From: Eledone cirrhosa
Lineage: Eukaryota
Assembly (NCBI GenBank): GCA_964016885.1
Contig: OZ024743.1
Coordinates: 232,872,001-232,936,000, forward strand
DNA length: 64,000 bases
Direction of reading: 5' to 3'
In this document: positions 23,158 to 35,600 of the stretch, piece after piece
Layout of the letters: each line of letters opens with the position of its first letter
Position numbering within the stretch: position 1 is the first letter of the stretch
Made by a program: the position numbers and the translations under genes
Notes under the pieces: generated by a model
The model's database searches: none
The model's input: the letters and a program-made list of their open reading frames with translations, nothing else
Told to the model about the DNA's origin: nothing

Positions 23158-23400
23158 GGCAGACACAAACACATGCATAGTAAGTTCAGTGTCTTTATTC
23201 ACCTCTTTATACCTATCTCTACCACTCTACAGACACAAACACTATGCAGGCACAAACACGTGCATAGTAAGTTCAGTGTCCTTATTCATCTCTTTATGCC
23301 TACCTCTACCACTCTACAGACACAAACACTATGCAGGCACAAACACGTGCATAGTAAGTTCAGTGTCCTTATTCATCTCTTTATGCCTACCTCTACCACT
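23158..23400. repeat. 87-bp minisatellite, ~2.8 copies
   Basis: Unit GCAGGCACAAACACGTGCATAGTAAGTTCAGTGTCC...; 29-aa periodicity in ORF 23108-23428. Confidence 0.9.
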
Positions 23401-24033
23401 TCCCCTTCGTCAAACGACGAAAACGTAATATGATCATCGCAAAAGGTCGTACAGAAATGAAAAAAAAACGAAAAACGATAGTCACGCAATGCTGAAGGCG
23501 GGAAGGCTTGACGAGACATGAAAGAAGCCGCTGACAAACCCCAACCCACCCAGTAAAATCAGCAAGAACTAAACCACAAAAACAACCACAACTACCACAG
23601 CAAAAATTCATTACAAAAAATGTTTTGAAATCCTAACCAACATCACCACTATAAACAACAGAAATACCAATAGCAGTACCAAAAACATGGCCAGAGATAG
23701 TTGGTACTAAAGTTGTCTCTTCGGCTCGTCTCCTTTACAACCTCGCACAGGCAAATGATGAGCGCTGAGGTGACACATAAAAGCATGTAAACGTATGGTG
23801 CCTATATGGAGCTCAAGATCCTGATAAGCCCCTAAAACTATAATACGACTGCTGGTATATGACAGAAGGCTCAGTTGTTACACGTGTCGGTAAAAGTCAT
23901 TTGAGAACAATCTGGTGGTGGTGGTGGTGGTGCTGGTGGTTCAGCTGCTGCTGCTGCTGCTACTCCTGAGAGAGAGCTGGATTTTAACAGAATAAGACTA
24001 TTTCATTCGAATTTGTGTGCGTATGTATGTATG

Positions 24034-24059
24034 TTCTTCTGGTTTTATAATTTCACAAA
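24034..24059 (-). mobile_element. 26-bp 3' tip of the R4/Dong-type LINE within (TATG)n
   Basis: TTCTTCTGGTTTTATAATTTCACAAA is the reverse complement of the element terminus at 18421-18446. TATG repeats lie on both sides. Confidence 0.8.
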
Positions 24060-24485
24060 TTGTATGTATGTATCTATGTATGTATGTATGTACGTATGCT
24101 TGTGTGTATATCTGTGTGTATGTATGTACATCATCACATGCTATGTAACCCTATTTTTGTGCGAGTGCAATTGTCACCAATAAATAAAGGATTATTATAC
24201 TTATTCTTAAGATGTTTTATGCCAAAAACTACAGTGGCGAACGGAATTAATTGGTACATTGAGTAACGTTCCTTTACTCTCTAGCTTTGAAGGTAGATAT
24301 ATCAGAATGGTTACGAAGTATGCTTCGCAATCATAAGTTCTCGGATTCGATCCAACTGAGTGTCGTCTGATGCAAGTGTATGTTCCCGTAAGTTTAGCCG
24401 ACTCAAGATGAGATTCCAAGTTCCTGCCCTGTCATATATGGTGTTATACTGATTCAGTCAGAAAATTACTTTAATGATTCACGTA

Positions 24486-25031
24486 TTCTCAGGTCTTGAA
24501 TAATCAACACCACCCTCCAATCCACCCCCGCTTAATAATTTTTCAGAATTTTCTAAACCCCACTCCCCCACCCACCCCCACCCGCTTATTATTGTTTCCG
24601 GCCCCCACCCCCACCCCGCTATAATTCCAACCCCAAATCCCACCCCACCCCGCTTATTATATTTTGCTAATCTATCTCCGGCGAAATGTTATTGTAAGTG
24701 ATTCATATTGATACAGCAGCTGAAGAATCTAAAAAAAAAATTATTTTACATTAAAAAATACATTATATATGACAAGTGGAGAGATACTGTGCTGAATAGG
24801 ACCTGTCCCACCCTTGCACGCAAGGAAAAGCGGACGTAAAATGATGATGATGATGATGATGACAAAAAAGAACATTACAAAAAAAATCCCATATTTACGA
24901 ACGTACACTATACCTTTACCGATTCCCCCCCCCCCCCCTCTTATAAGAATTTAAGCAAATGTCTATCCAACCCCCAACCCCACCCCTGCTTATTCTAACC
25001 TCCCCCTCCCCCCATTCTATAGACCCGAGAG
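24486..25031. mobile_element. MITE (Tc1/mariner-type, TA target duplication), copy 1
   Basis: TA|TTCTCAGGTCTTGAATAAT ... TAGACCCGAGAG|TA imperfect terminal inverted repeats. The body is the reverse complement of 25894-26263. Confidence 0.75.
24776..24865 (+). mobile_element. Retroposon 3' tail ending in (ATG)n, nested in the MITE
   Basis: ...GGAAAAGCGGACGTAAAATGATGATG; absent from MITE copy 2; ATGACAA duplicated at 24769-24775 and 24859-24865. Confidence 0.75.
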
Positions 25032-25603
25032 TACGTGTCTATAGAATACGTAACCTCTTACACGTTAATTTCACGCGTAATTAGAAAATCTGAATGCTCA
25101 TCGTCGAAATCAACGGAGAATCCATCATCACCATTACCGTCTACTTTCAATTCCCTTCGGCGTTTGCGATTGATTTTTCTTTTCATTATCCAACCTCAAA
25201 CAAGAAACTAAATGCCGATAATATAACCGATTAAACTCAACCGACTACATATTACCCTTTAACGTAAACGTAGTTTTTTTAACTTTAACTTCTATCATTT
25301 CTTTACTTGTATATTTTTTCATCTTTTGTTTAATGACTTTTCCTTTAGGATGAAACAGATTTCACAAATTTTCCTCTTTATTCTTTTATGCTTATTTTTT
25401 CTTCTTTATTTCAGTCATTGGACTAAGGCCATGCTGGGGTACCATCTTATTGGTATTTTTGTTGGTTTCGTTTTGTTATTGATATTGCTGTTGCTATTTA
25501 GATCTAGGTGTGCCTTTATCGAGCAAAGCTATGGTCAAAGGCATTCTAACTGTGACCATCCCGTCTGCTTTTTGTTTGTTCTTTTTAGTTATAGACTACC
25601 TAA

Positions 25604-25866
25604 AAAAAAGGTCTAAAGTCTGTCTTAAGCCAGAAGACTCATTTGGCTGGTGCTTATCCCGGTTTCGTGGGAGTCTTGTACTCTCAGCGACTGAGAGTAC
25701 AAGACTCCCTCCTGGACAGTTGAGTATACTCATTTTCAGTTGAGTATACTGGAGCAACGTGAAATGAAGTGTTTTGCTCAAGAACGCAACACACAACCCG
25801 GGAATCGAACCAACGAAATTATGATCGTAAGTCCAACACCCTTTCCACTAGGCCACGTGCCGCCAC
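25604..25866 (-). mobile_element. tRNA-derived SINE with 13-bp target-site duplication
   Basis: Minus-strand A box TGGCCTAGTGG, B box GGTTCGATTCC and core TTCTTGAGCAAAACACTT. Flanked by ATAGACTACCTAA (25591-25603) and ATAGTCTACCTAA (25867-25879). Confidence 0.85.
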
Positions 25867-25893
25867 ATAGTCTACCTAAGACTACATTATCTA

Positions 25894-26263
25894 CTCTCGG
25901 GTCCCTAATAATTGGGGGAGTGAAATCAACGGTGGGGTTAGGAAATCGGTAATTGCATAGTGTACGCTCGTAAATATGGGATTTCTTGTAATGCTTTTTT
26001 GTTGTCATATAGAATGTTTTTTAATGTAAAATAAAATTATTAGATTCTCCAACTGTTGTATCAATATGAATCACTTACAATAAAATTTCGCCGGAGATCG
26101 ATTAGCAAAATGTAATAAGCGGAGGGGGTGAAAGGAGGGGGTGAAATGGGGTGCGTGGTGTGTGTGGGGGTGGGGCTGAAAAAATTAATAAGCGAGTGTG
26201 TGGGGGGGGGGAGTGCTGAAAAATTAATAAACATGGGGGGGGGCATTATTCAAGACCTGAGAA
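25894..26263. mobile_element. MITE copy 2 (inverted relative to copy 1)
   Basis: TA|CTCTCGGGTCCCTAATAAT ... ATTATTCAAGACCTGAGAA|TA. Confidence 0.78.
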
Positions 26264-26597
26264 TAAATATGTTTTCCCTTTTTTCCAAAAGATACGATAT
26301 GAGAAAGAATTGGTTACTATTTCTTTGCCAGATGGATTACCATGAAAAGTCCATCTCATTGTTTGAGGGGGGGGGGGGGGCTGGAATAGATATTTCAGGT
26401 GTTCCATGTTGAACAGAAAAGTTCACGTGAATGTGTGTATTCAGTCAGGTAACATTAATATGGCACACAGACAGACAAAGAAATGGCACTCAAAGATTTT
26501 TTTTCTTTGAATTGTATCAGTAAAAGATTGAGATTAGAATCGTTTACAACTTTCGGTTTTCTTTCTATTGAGGTTTATTTTTTTACATATTTTTTTT

Positions 26598-26607
26598 ATG
26601 TTGATGT

Positions 26608-26641
<34 letters not shown>

Positions 26642-28315
26642 GGTTTTGATGATGATGGTGGTGGTGATGTTGATGGTGGTGACGTTGATGTTGATGGTGG
26701 TGATGTTGATGGTAGTGATGTTGATAGTGGTCATGTTGATGGTAGTGATGTTGATGGTGGTGAGTTTGATGGTGGTGGTGGTGGTGATGTTGATGGTGGT
26801 GATGTTGATGGTGGTGATGGTGGTGATGTTGATGGTGGTGGTGTTGATGGTGGTGATGTTGATGGTGGTGATGTTGATGGTGGTGATGTTGATGGTAGTG
26901 ATGTTGATGGTAGTGATGTTGATGGTGTTGATGTTGATGGTGGTGATGGTAGTGATGTTGATGGTGGTGATGTTGATGGTGGTGATGTTGATGGTGATGG
27001 TGGTGATGTTGATGGTGGTGATGTTGATGGTGGTGATGGTAGTGATGTTGATGGTGGTGGTGTTGATGGTGATGGTGGGGATGGTGGTGTTGATGGTGGT
27101 GTTGATGTTGTTGGTGGTGGTGGTGGTGGTGATGTTGATGGTCGTCATGTTGATGGTGGTGATGTTGATGGTGGTGATGGTAGTGATGTTGATGGTGGTG
27201 ATGTTGATGGTGGTGGTGGTGATGTTGATGGTGGTGATGTTGATGGCGGTGATGTTGATGGTGGTGACGGTGGTGATGTTGGTGATGGTGGTGGTGATGT
27301 TGATGGTGGTGATGTTGATGGCGGTGATGTTGATGGTGGTGACGGTGGTGATGTTGGTGATGGTGGTGGTGATGTTGATGGTGATGTTGGTGGTGTTGAC
27401 GGTGGTGATGTTGATGTTGATGGCGATGGTGGTGATGTTGATGGTGGTGTAGAGGATGATACTAGTGGTGATGCTGATGGTAATGTTAGTGTTGGTTGAG
27501 GATGATGTTAATTATAATAGAGATGATGATGGTGGTGGTGGTGGTGGTGGTGGTGGTGGTGGTGGTGGTGGTGGTGGTGGTGGTGGTGGTGGTAGTGTTG
27601 GCGGTGGTGGTGGTGGTGGTGGAGATGTTGAAGTGATGTTCGTAGTGATGTAAATGGGAATGTTCGGGCTGATGTTAGTGTTGATAGTGCTGTTAGTACT
27701 ATTGTTGATACTGATGGAGATTGCGATTGTGATGACTAAAGTAATGGTGGTGGTGATAGTGATATATAATGTTGATGAAGGTGTTAATGATTATGTTTAT
27801 GTTGATCGTTATTATGACTGTGATGATGATGATGATGATGATGATGATGACGATGATGATAATGATGGTAAAGATGGTAGTGATGGGATGGTGAAGGTAG
27901 TAGTGATTTAATGCAGAATGAAATGTTAATGAGGATGTTGATGGTGATGGTGATTTTGATGTTGGTGGAGACCTTCTTATTTTTCGCACACTTATTCCTG
28001 GGTGAGTCGTGAGTGCAGTGTCCTCAAACACTCCTTCCGGTGGGCCCTGTCAGAAGCAACCGTTTCCAACTTATCCGACAGAATCCCCAAGAAAGACCAA
28101 CCAAGCTCATAAATGTTGGTGAAAATATAATCGTTAATTAGTTAATTATGATGTTTACTATGATTGTCGTAATGATGTTGCTGTTGATATTGATAGTGAT
28201 TTTGATTATGATAGTAATGGTGGTGGCGATGGTGAAAATGATGGTAATATTTAAAGCTGATGATGGTGTTAATGGGGATGATGGTGTTGTTGATGATGAT
28301 GGTGGTGGTTGCGAT
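26598..28315. repeat. (GATGTTGATGGTGGT)n-type and (GGT)n/(GAT)n low-complexity tract
   Basis: 15-bp higher-order unit of triplets, directly visible. Confidence 0.9.
27965..28115 (-). mobile_element. Short RTE-like ORF2 C-terminal relic
   Basis: Minus translation GILSDKLETVASDRAHRK resembles the RTE motif WE.LA.DR..WR. Confidence 0.4.
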
Positions 28316-28329
28316 ATTTATGGTACCGT

Positions 28330-29170
28330 CCTACAACATACAAAGCCTTAACTTTAATAATATCGCAGAGATTTTAATAGCTGAGAAAACCAAACATCTC
28401 TTGCATATGGACGATCTCAAGCTGTAGGCTTCAGTCGATAACCAACTGGAAACGCTACTACAGACAATACATGGATTTACAAAACAAATACACTTGATAT
28501 ATGGGCAAGAGAATTACCCCAGGAAATATAGTTAAAATCACTAATGCCATGCTATATAAAGAAACTGACATAAGAGAATGAAATCAACCACAAACATACA
28601 AATACTTAGGAATCAATCAACTCGACAGTGTACAACACATACAAATGAAAGAAAATATTAGAAAGTAATAATATAGATGCATTAGATTACTAATTAAGAT
28701 AGAATTTAGTGCAAAAGGTATAAAAACGCCTGTTGTCCAAGGGACAAGCTACTGTTTTAATATTCTTATCTGAAGACGAAAGGAACTAACAGGACTGACA
28801 GAATAGAAAAACAAACAAAATATTGGTTTCTGATTTAAGCACAAGACCAACAAATGTTGGGGAGGGAAAAATTGATTAAATCGATCCCAGTGCGTGACTG
28901 GTACTATATTTTATCGGCCCCATAAATATGAAAGGCAAAGCTCACCACGGCAGGATTTGAACTTAAAATGCAAAGGGCCGTAACGTTATGCCACGAACCA
29001 TGGTATCTGACGCTCCACCGCCCTTAACAACAAGGAAAATAATTATTGTATTTCGAATACACCAACCCAAATCAGGTATAGAAATATATTTACCATAAGT
29101 AGGGTTTAATTCAATCAACTGTAACCTGCCCTAAACTAATGGGGTAGAGGTAGTAAAAACTAACATTAAA
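28330..29170 (+). pseudogene. Decayed R4/Dong-type RT relic interrupted by a SINE
   Basis: KHLLHMDDLKL*ASVDNQLETLLQTIHGF (cf. HLLYMDDLKL) near 28395, YKYLGI near 28597, and an HQPKS-like motif near 29058. Confidence 0.7.
28824..29022 (-). mobile_element. Diverged SINE, same family as 2.8-4.75 kb
   Basis: CCCAGTGCGTGACTGGTAC...ATGAAAGGCAAAG...GGATTTGAACT. Confidence 0.8.
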
Positions 29171-29334
29171 AGCAACAAGGGACAAGGTCCACATAAATTA
29201 AACAATGAATAAACTGTGATGATGAAAAGGTGACTTAAAGTAGAGATATTCACATGCGGAGGAGGGGGGGGGGTGATTGAGAGAGATGAAATAGTTACTA
29301 GTAATAAGCAACAGTATCAGAAAGTGGGGAAAAA

Positions 29335-29400
29335 TGTAGAGAGAAAGAGATTGAGAGTGGAAAGAAGAGAGAAAAGGAGAGAGAGAGACACAGAGAGAGT

Positions 29401-29435
<35 letters not shown>

Positions 29436-29498
29436 AGAGTGGAAAGAAGACGAGAGAAAAGGAGAGAGAGAGACACACAGAGACAGAGACACACACAC

Positions 29499-29571
<73 letters not shown>

Positions 29572-29720
29572 AAGAGAGTTTGGAGAGAATAAATAGAGAG
29601 AGGAATAGTGAAAGACAGAGTGATAATGGAAAAGAAATTATAGAGAGAGTAAGAGAGGTGAGGATGGGGATAGTATATGGCGTGAATAAGAGTTGATAGG
29701 AGAGATGAAAGGATAAGTGA
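29335..29720. repeat. (GA)n purine tract
   Basis: Directly visible. Confidence 0.95.
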
Positions 29721-30109
29721 GGAGGAAATCACCTTTTTCTCTGTTTCACAGTACAGAAGGTATTTTATTTGTATTTGTTGTAAGAATCGAGTAATTTTTT
29801 TTTTTTTTTTTTTTTTTTTGTAGGAATCAGTTTAAACCTCACAAATCTAAAGTTAGATTTCATTAGATTTCGTTTCTATGGCATAAAAACATTTTTTTTT
29901 AAATTAACTTTTATGGTTTTTTTTTCTTTTTTCAAAACAGTTCAATATTTCTTCCATTTTTGTTTAGTTTTGTTTTTGTTTCGTTTTTTAATATGATTTC
30001 TGTTACTGTTGACGTTGTTTTAAACTGTTTTGTTGTCCTTGCAGTTTGTCTTCTTGTTGTTCTGGTTGTTGTAGTTGTTGTTGTCATTCTTCATGTCATA
30101 CTTCTATCT

Positions 30110-30177
30110 CTTTTCATTCTTTTTCCTCTTCTTTTTTTACTTCTTCTCCTTCTTCTTTTTTTACTTCTTCTCCTTCC

Positions 30178-30208
<31 letters not shown>

Positions 30209-30369
30209 CTTCTTCTTCTTCTTCTTCTTCTTCTTCTTCTTCTTTACTTCTTCTTCTACTACTACTAGTACTACTACTACTACTACTAATAATAATAATC
30301 CTTCTACTTCTTCCTCTTCTTCTTCTTCTACTACTACTACTACTACTAATTATTCTACTTCTTCCTCTT

Positions 30370-30404
<35 letters not shown>

Positions 30405-30750
30405 TCTTCCTCTCCTTCTTCTTCTACTACTACTACTACTACTTCTTCTACTACTACTTCTTCTTCTTCTTCTTCATTCTTCTATTACTACTACTACTAC
30501 TACTACTACTTCTTCTTCCTCTCCTTCTTCTTCTACTACTACTTCTTCTACTACTACTTCTTCTTCTTCTTCTTCTTCATTCTTCTATTACTACTACTAC
30601 TACTTCTTCTTCCTCTCCTTCTACTTCTACTACTACTTCTTCTTCTTCTTCTATTACTACTACTACTACTACTACTACTTCTTTTTCTTCTTTTTCTTCT
30701 CTGTCGCCTCCTTCTCATCCTCCTCCTCCTCCTCCTCCTCCTCCTCCCTT
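30110..30750. repeat. (TTC)n/(TAC)n/(TCC)n compound microsatellite
   Basis: Directly visible. Confidence 0.95.
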
Positions 30751-30854
30751 TTGGCTGTTTATTTGTCCGGTAAAAACTTCTTCCACTTCAATAACTATCT
30801 TTAAAATAAATTCTTACTATAATTTCTATCCTACCTCTCTCACCCCACAACCTT

Positions 30855-30995
30855 CCATCTCTCATTGTGTTCTTACTCTCTCTTTCTCCCTCTCTTTCTC
30901 CATCTCTCTCCCTCTCTCAGTATATATCCTTCTCTCTCTCTCTCTTTCTTCCTGATCTCTCCCCCGCTCTCGCCATCGCTCTTTCTCTCTTTCTA

Positions 30996-31065
<70 letters not shown>

Positions 31066-31184
31066 TCTCTCCATCTCTCTCTCTTTCTCCCTCTTTCCAT
31101 ATCTCCCTTTCTCTTTCTCCCTCTCTCCATCTCTCTCTCTTTCTCCATCTTTCCATATCTCTCCTTCTCTTTCTCCCTCTCACC

Positions 31185-31218
<34 letters not shown>

Positions 31219-31460
31219 ATATATCCTTCTCTCTCTTTCTTACTGATCTCTCCGCCGCTCGCACCATCTCTCTTTCTCTCTTACTCTCTCTCCCTCTCTC
31301 TCTCTCTCTCGCTCTCTCACTCGCTCTCTTTCTCCCTCTCTCCATCTATCTGTCTTTCTCCCTCTCTCCCTCTCTCTTTTTCTCTCTCTCAGTCCTTCTC
31401 TCTCTCTCTCCATCTTTTCCTCTCTCTCTCTTTCTCCCTCTCTCTCCATCTCTTTATCTA
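30855..31460. repeat. (TC)n pyrimidine tract with internal duplication
   Basis: Directly visible; ATATATCCTTCTCTCT...TGATCTCTCC.CCGCTC recurs at ~30922 and ~31219. Confidence 0.95.
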
Positions 31461-31486
31461 ACTAGCTAACTCTCCTCCCCTCGTTC

Positions 31487-32180
31487 TGTGGTGGTGGTGG
31501 TGGTGGTGGTGGTGGTTTGTGGTGGTTGGTGGTGGTGGTTGTAGTGGTGATGGTGGTGGTGGTTGTTGTAGTGGTGGTGGTGGTGGTTGTAGTGGTGATG
31601 GTGGTGGTGGTTGTTGAAGTGGTGGTTGTAGTAGTGGTGGTGGTGGTTGTAGTGGTGGTGGTGGTGGTGGTGGTGTTGGTGGTGGTGTTGGTGGTGGTCG
31701 TCGTCGTCGTCATTGCAGTGGTATTAGTGATGAAACAGTTTTCATAGTTATTGTTGTTACGTTTGTTGTTGTGATTGTTGCTGCTATGATATTTCTCATT
31801 CTGGTTGCTATTTTCGTTGTAATTACTGTTACTAATTATTGTTGTCGTTCAAGTTCTTGATTTTTTTTTTAGTTTTTTTTGTTATTAATGTTGTTATGGC
31901 TGTTGTTGTTTATATTGTTTTTGTTATTTCTGTTCTTTTCGTTGTTGTTGTTGTAATTGTTATTGTTGTTTTTGTTGTTGTTGTTGATGATGTTCTTGTT
32001 GTTTATATTGTTGTTGTTATTTCTGTTGTTGTGGTTGTTGTTATTGTTTTTGTTGTTGTTGCTGTTGTCGAATGTTTTTTGCTTTCGTTGTTATGGATGT
32101 AGTTAATACTGATTTGTGATTGTTGTTGTTGTTGTTGTTGTTGTTTATATTCTCGTTATTGTTATTGTAGTTGTTGTTGT
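31487..32180. repeat. (GGT)n and (GTT)n tracts
   Basis: Directly visible. Confidence 0.93.
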
Positions 32181-32279
32181 CTCTTTAAAGCTAATTTTAA
32201 AGAGATTTTTTTTGGCTCAAACTATTGAGACGTGAACTGTTCTCCGCCTCATCCTTCACAGATTTAAGAGAGAAAGCGA

Positions 32280-32505
32280 ATTAATTGTTTGTGTTCCAAC
32301 CGGAAAGACCTACAGATTTGGGAAATGGGGGATAGTCAACACCATCAACCCTAGCGGATCACAGATAGATTATTTTATTGACCCCCCTAGACAAATAAAT
32401 GCCAAGAGGTCCTTAACGAAATTTGGAATTTGAAATAAGGATATAAAGTTATGTATAAAATCGTTACATATTTTTTTGTCCAGCGTTCTGTCGATGTCGC
32501 CTATT
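32280..32505 (-). mobile_element. Highly decayed SINE next to the satellite boundary
   Basis: Minus strand TTCAAATTCC...GGGGGTCAATAAAATAA...AAACAATTAAT mirrors the SINE B box, core and tail. Confidence 0.5.
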
Positions 32506-32613
32506 CTCTTTTCTTTTGGCAATCCACCATTCTCTACAGTCAAAATACAGTACCAGTGGGCAATCCACCACCCATTGGACCAGTCAATCACCAATCTACC
32601 AAATCAGGGACTA

Positions 32614-35600
32614 ATTAAACAATACCAAAAGTGTTCACCACACCCTCGTTTATCACCAAACATTGAACAACACCAAAAGTGTTCACCCCACCCTCGTTTA
32701 TTACCAAACATTAAACAACACCAAAAGTGTTCACCACCGTTTATTACCAAACATTAAACAATACCAAAAGTGTTCACCCCACCCTCGTTTATTACCAAAC
32801 ATTAAACAACACCGAAAGTGTTCACAACCTTTTATTACCAAACATTAAACAATACCAAAAGTGATGACCCCGCCCTCGTTTATTACCAAATATTAAACAA
32901 CACCAAAATTGTTCACCACCGTTTATTACCAAACATTAAACAACACTAAAAGTGTTCACCGCCGTTTATTACCGAACATTAAACAACACCAAAAGTGTTC
33001 ATGACCTTTTATTACCAAACATTAAACGACACCAAAAGTCTTCAACACCGTTTATTACCAAACATTAAAAAATACCAAAAGTGTTCACCCCACCCTCGTT
33101 TATCACCAAACATTAAACAACACCAAAAGTGTTCACCACCGTGTATTACCAAAGATTAAACAACACCAAAAGTGTTCACCACCGTTTATTACCAATCATT
33201 AAACAATACCAAAAGTGTTCACCACCGTTTATTACCAAACATTAAACAACACCAAAAGTATTCACCCCCGTTTATTACCGAACATTAAACAACACCAAAA
33301 GTCTTCATGACCTTTTATTACCAAACTTTAAACAACACCAAAAGTCTTCAACACCGTTTATTACCAAACATTAAACAATACCAAAAGTGTTCACACCACC
33401 CTCGTTTATCACCAAACATTAAACAACGCCAAAATTTTCACCACCGTGTATTACCAAAGATTAAACAACACCAAAAGTGTTCACCACCGTTTGTTACCAA
33501 TCATTAAACAATACCAAAAGTGTTCACCACCGTTTATTACCAAACATTAAACAACACCAAAAGTGTTCACCACCGTTTATTACCAAACATTAAACAGCAC
33601 CAAAAGTGTTCACCACCGTTTATTACCAAACATTAAACAACACCAAAAGTTTTCACCACCGTTTATTACCAAACATTAAACAGCACCAAAAGTGTTCACC
33701 ACCGTTTATTACCAAACATTAAACAACACCAAAAGTGTTCACCACCGTTTATTACCAAACATTAAACAATACCAAAAATGTTCACCCCACCCTCGTTTAT
33801 TACCAAACATTAAAAAACCAAAAGTGTTCACCACCGTTTATTACCAAACATTAAACAATACCAAAAATGTTCACCCCGCCCTCGTTTATCACGAAACATT
33901 AAACAACACCAAAAGTGTACACCACCGTTTATTACCAAACATTAAAAAACACCAAAAGTGTTCACCACCGTTTATTACCAAACATTAAACAACACCAAAA
34001 GTGTTCACCCCACCCTCGTTTATCACCAAACATTAAACAATACCAAAAGTGTTCACCCCACCCTCGTTTATCACCAAACATTAAACATCACCAAAAGTGT
34101 TCACCACCGTTTATTACCCAACATTAAACAACACCAAAAGTGTTCACCACCGTTTATCACCAAACATTAAACAATACCAAAAGTGTTCACCATCGTTTAT
34201 TACAAGACATGAAACAACACCAAAAGTGTTCACCACCGTTTATTACCAAACATTAAACAATACCAAAAGTGTTCACCATCGTTTATTACAAGATATTAAA
34301 AAACACCAAAAGTGTTCACCACCGTTTATTACCAAACATTAAACAACACCAAAAGTGTTCACCCCACCCTCGTTTATCACCAAACATTAAACAATACCAA
34401 AAGAGTTCACCCCACCCTCGTTTATCACCAAACATTAAACAATATCAAAAGTGTTCACCACCGTTTATTACCAAACATGAAACAACACCAAAAGTGTTCA
34501 CCGCTGTTTATTACCGAACATTAAACAACACCAAAAGTGTTCACGACCGTTTATTACCAAACATTAAACAACACCAAATGTGTTCACCATCGTTTATTAC
34601 CAAACATTAAACAACACCAAAAGTGTTCAACACCGTTTATTACCAAACATTAAACAATGTCAAAAGTATTCACCATCGTTTATTACAAGACATTAAACAA
34701 CACCAATAGTGTTCACCACCGTTTATTACCAAACATTAAACAATACCAAAAGTGTTCACCACCGTTTATTACCAAACATTAAACAACACCAAATGTGTTC
34801 ACCATCGTTTATTACCAAACATTAAACAACACCAAAAGTCTTCACCACCGTTTATTACCAAACATTAAACAATACCAAAAGAGTACACCACCGTTTATTA
34901 CCAAACATTAAACAACACCAAAAGTGTTCACCACCGTTTATTGTCAGAATTTAAACAACACCAAAAGTGTTCACCACCGTTTATTACCAAACATTAAACA
35001 ACACCAACAGTGTTCACCACCGTTTATTACCAAACATTAAACAACACCAAAAGTGTTCAACACCGTTTATTACCAAACATTGAACAACACCAAAAGTGTA
35101 CACCACCGTTTATTGCCAGACATTAAACAACACCAAAAGTGTTCACCACCGTTTATTACCAAACATTAAACAACACCAAAAGTGTTCACCAGCGTTTATT
35201 ACCAAACATTAAACAACACCAAAAGTGTTCACCATCGTTTATTATCAAACATGAAACGATACCAAAAGTGTTCACCACCGTTTATTACCAATCATTAAAC
35301 AATACCAAAAGTGTTCACCACCGTTTATTACCAAACATTAAACAACACCAAAAGTCTTCACTACCGTTTATTACCAAACAGTAAACAACACAAAAAGTGT
35401 TCACCATCGTTTATTACCAAATATTAAACAACACCAAAAGTGTTCACCATCGTTTATTACCAAACATTAAACAACACCAAAAGTGTTCACCACCGTAATT
35501 ACCAAACAGTAAACAACACCAAAAGTGTTCAGCACCGTTTATTACCAAACATTAATCAACACCAAAAGTCTTCACCACCGTTTATTACCAGACATTAAAC

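Noticed and set aside
23400-23720. Possible second Tx1 ORF1/ORF2 junction relic
   Set aside because: Only vague A/C-rich composition and a short resemblance; no diagnostic motif.
26483-27499. Asp/Gly-rich (GGDVD)n 338-aa ORF resembling acidic biomineral proteins
   Set aside because: Other frames are equally open, there is little synonymous variation, and there is no convincing signal peptide or splice context. A simple-repeat expansion is the simpler explanation, although RNA-seq could overturn this.
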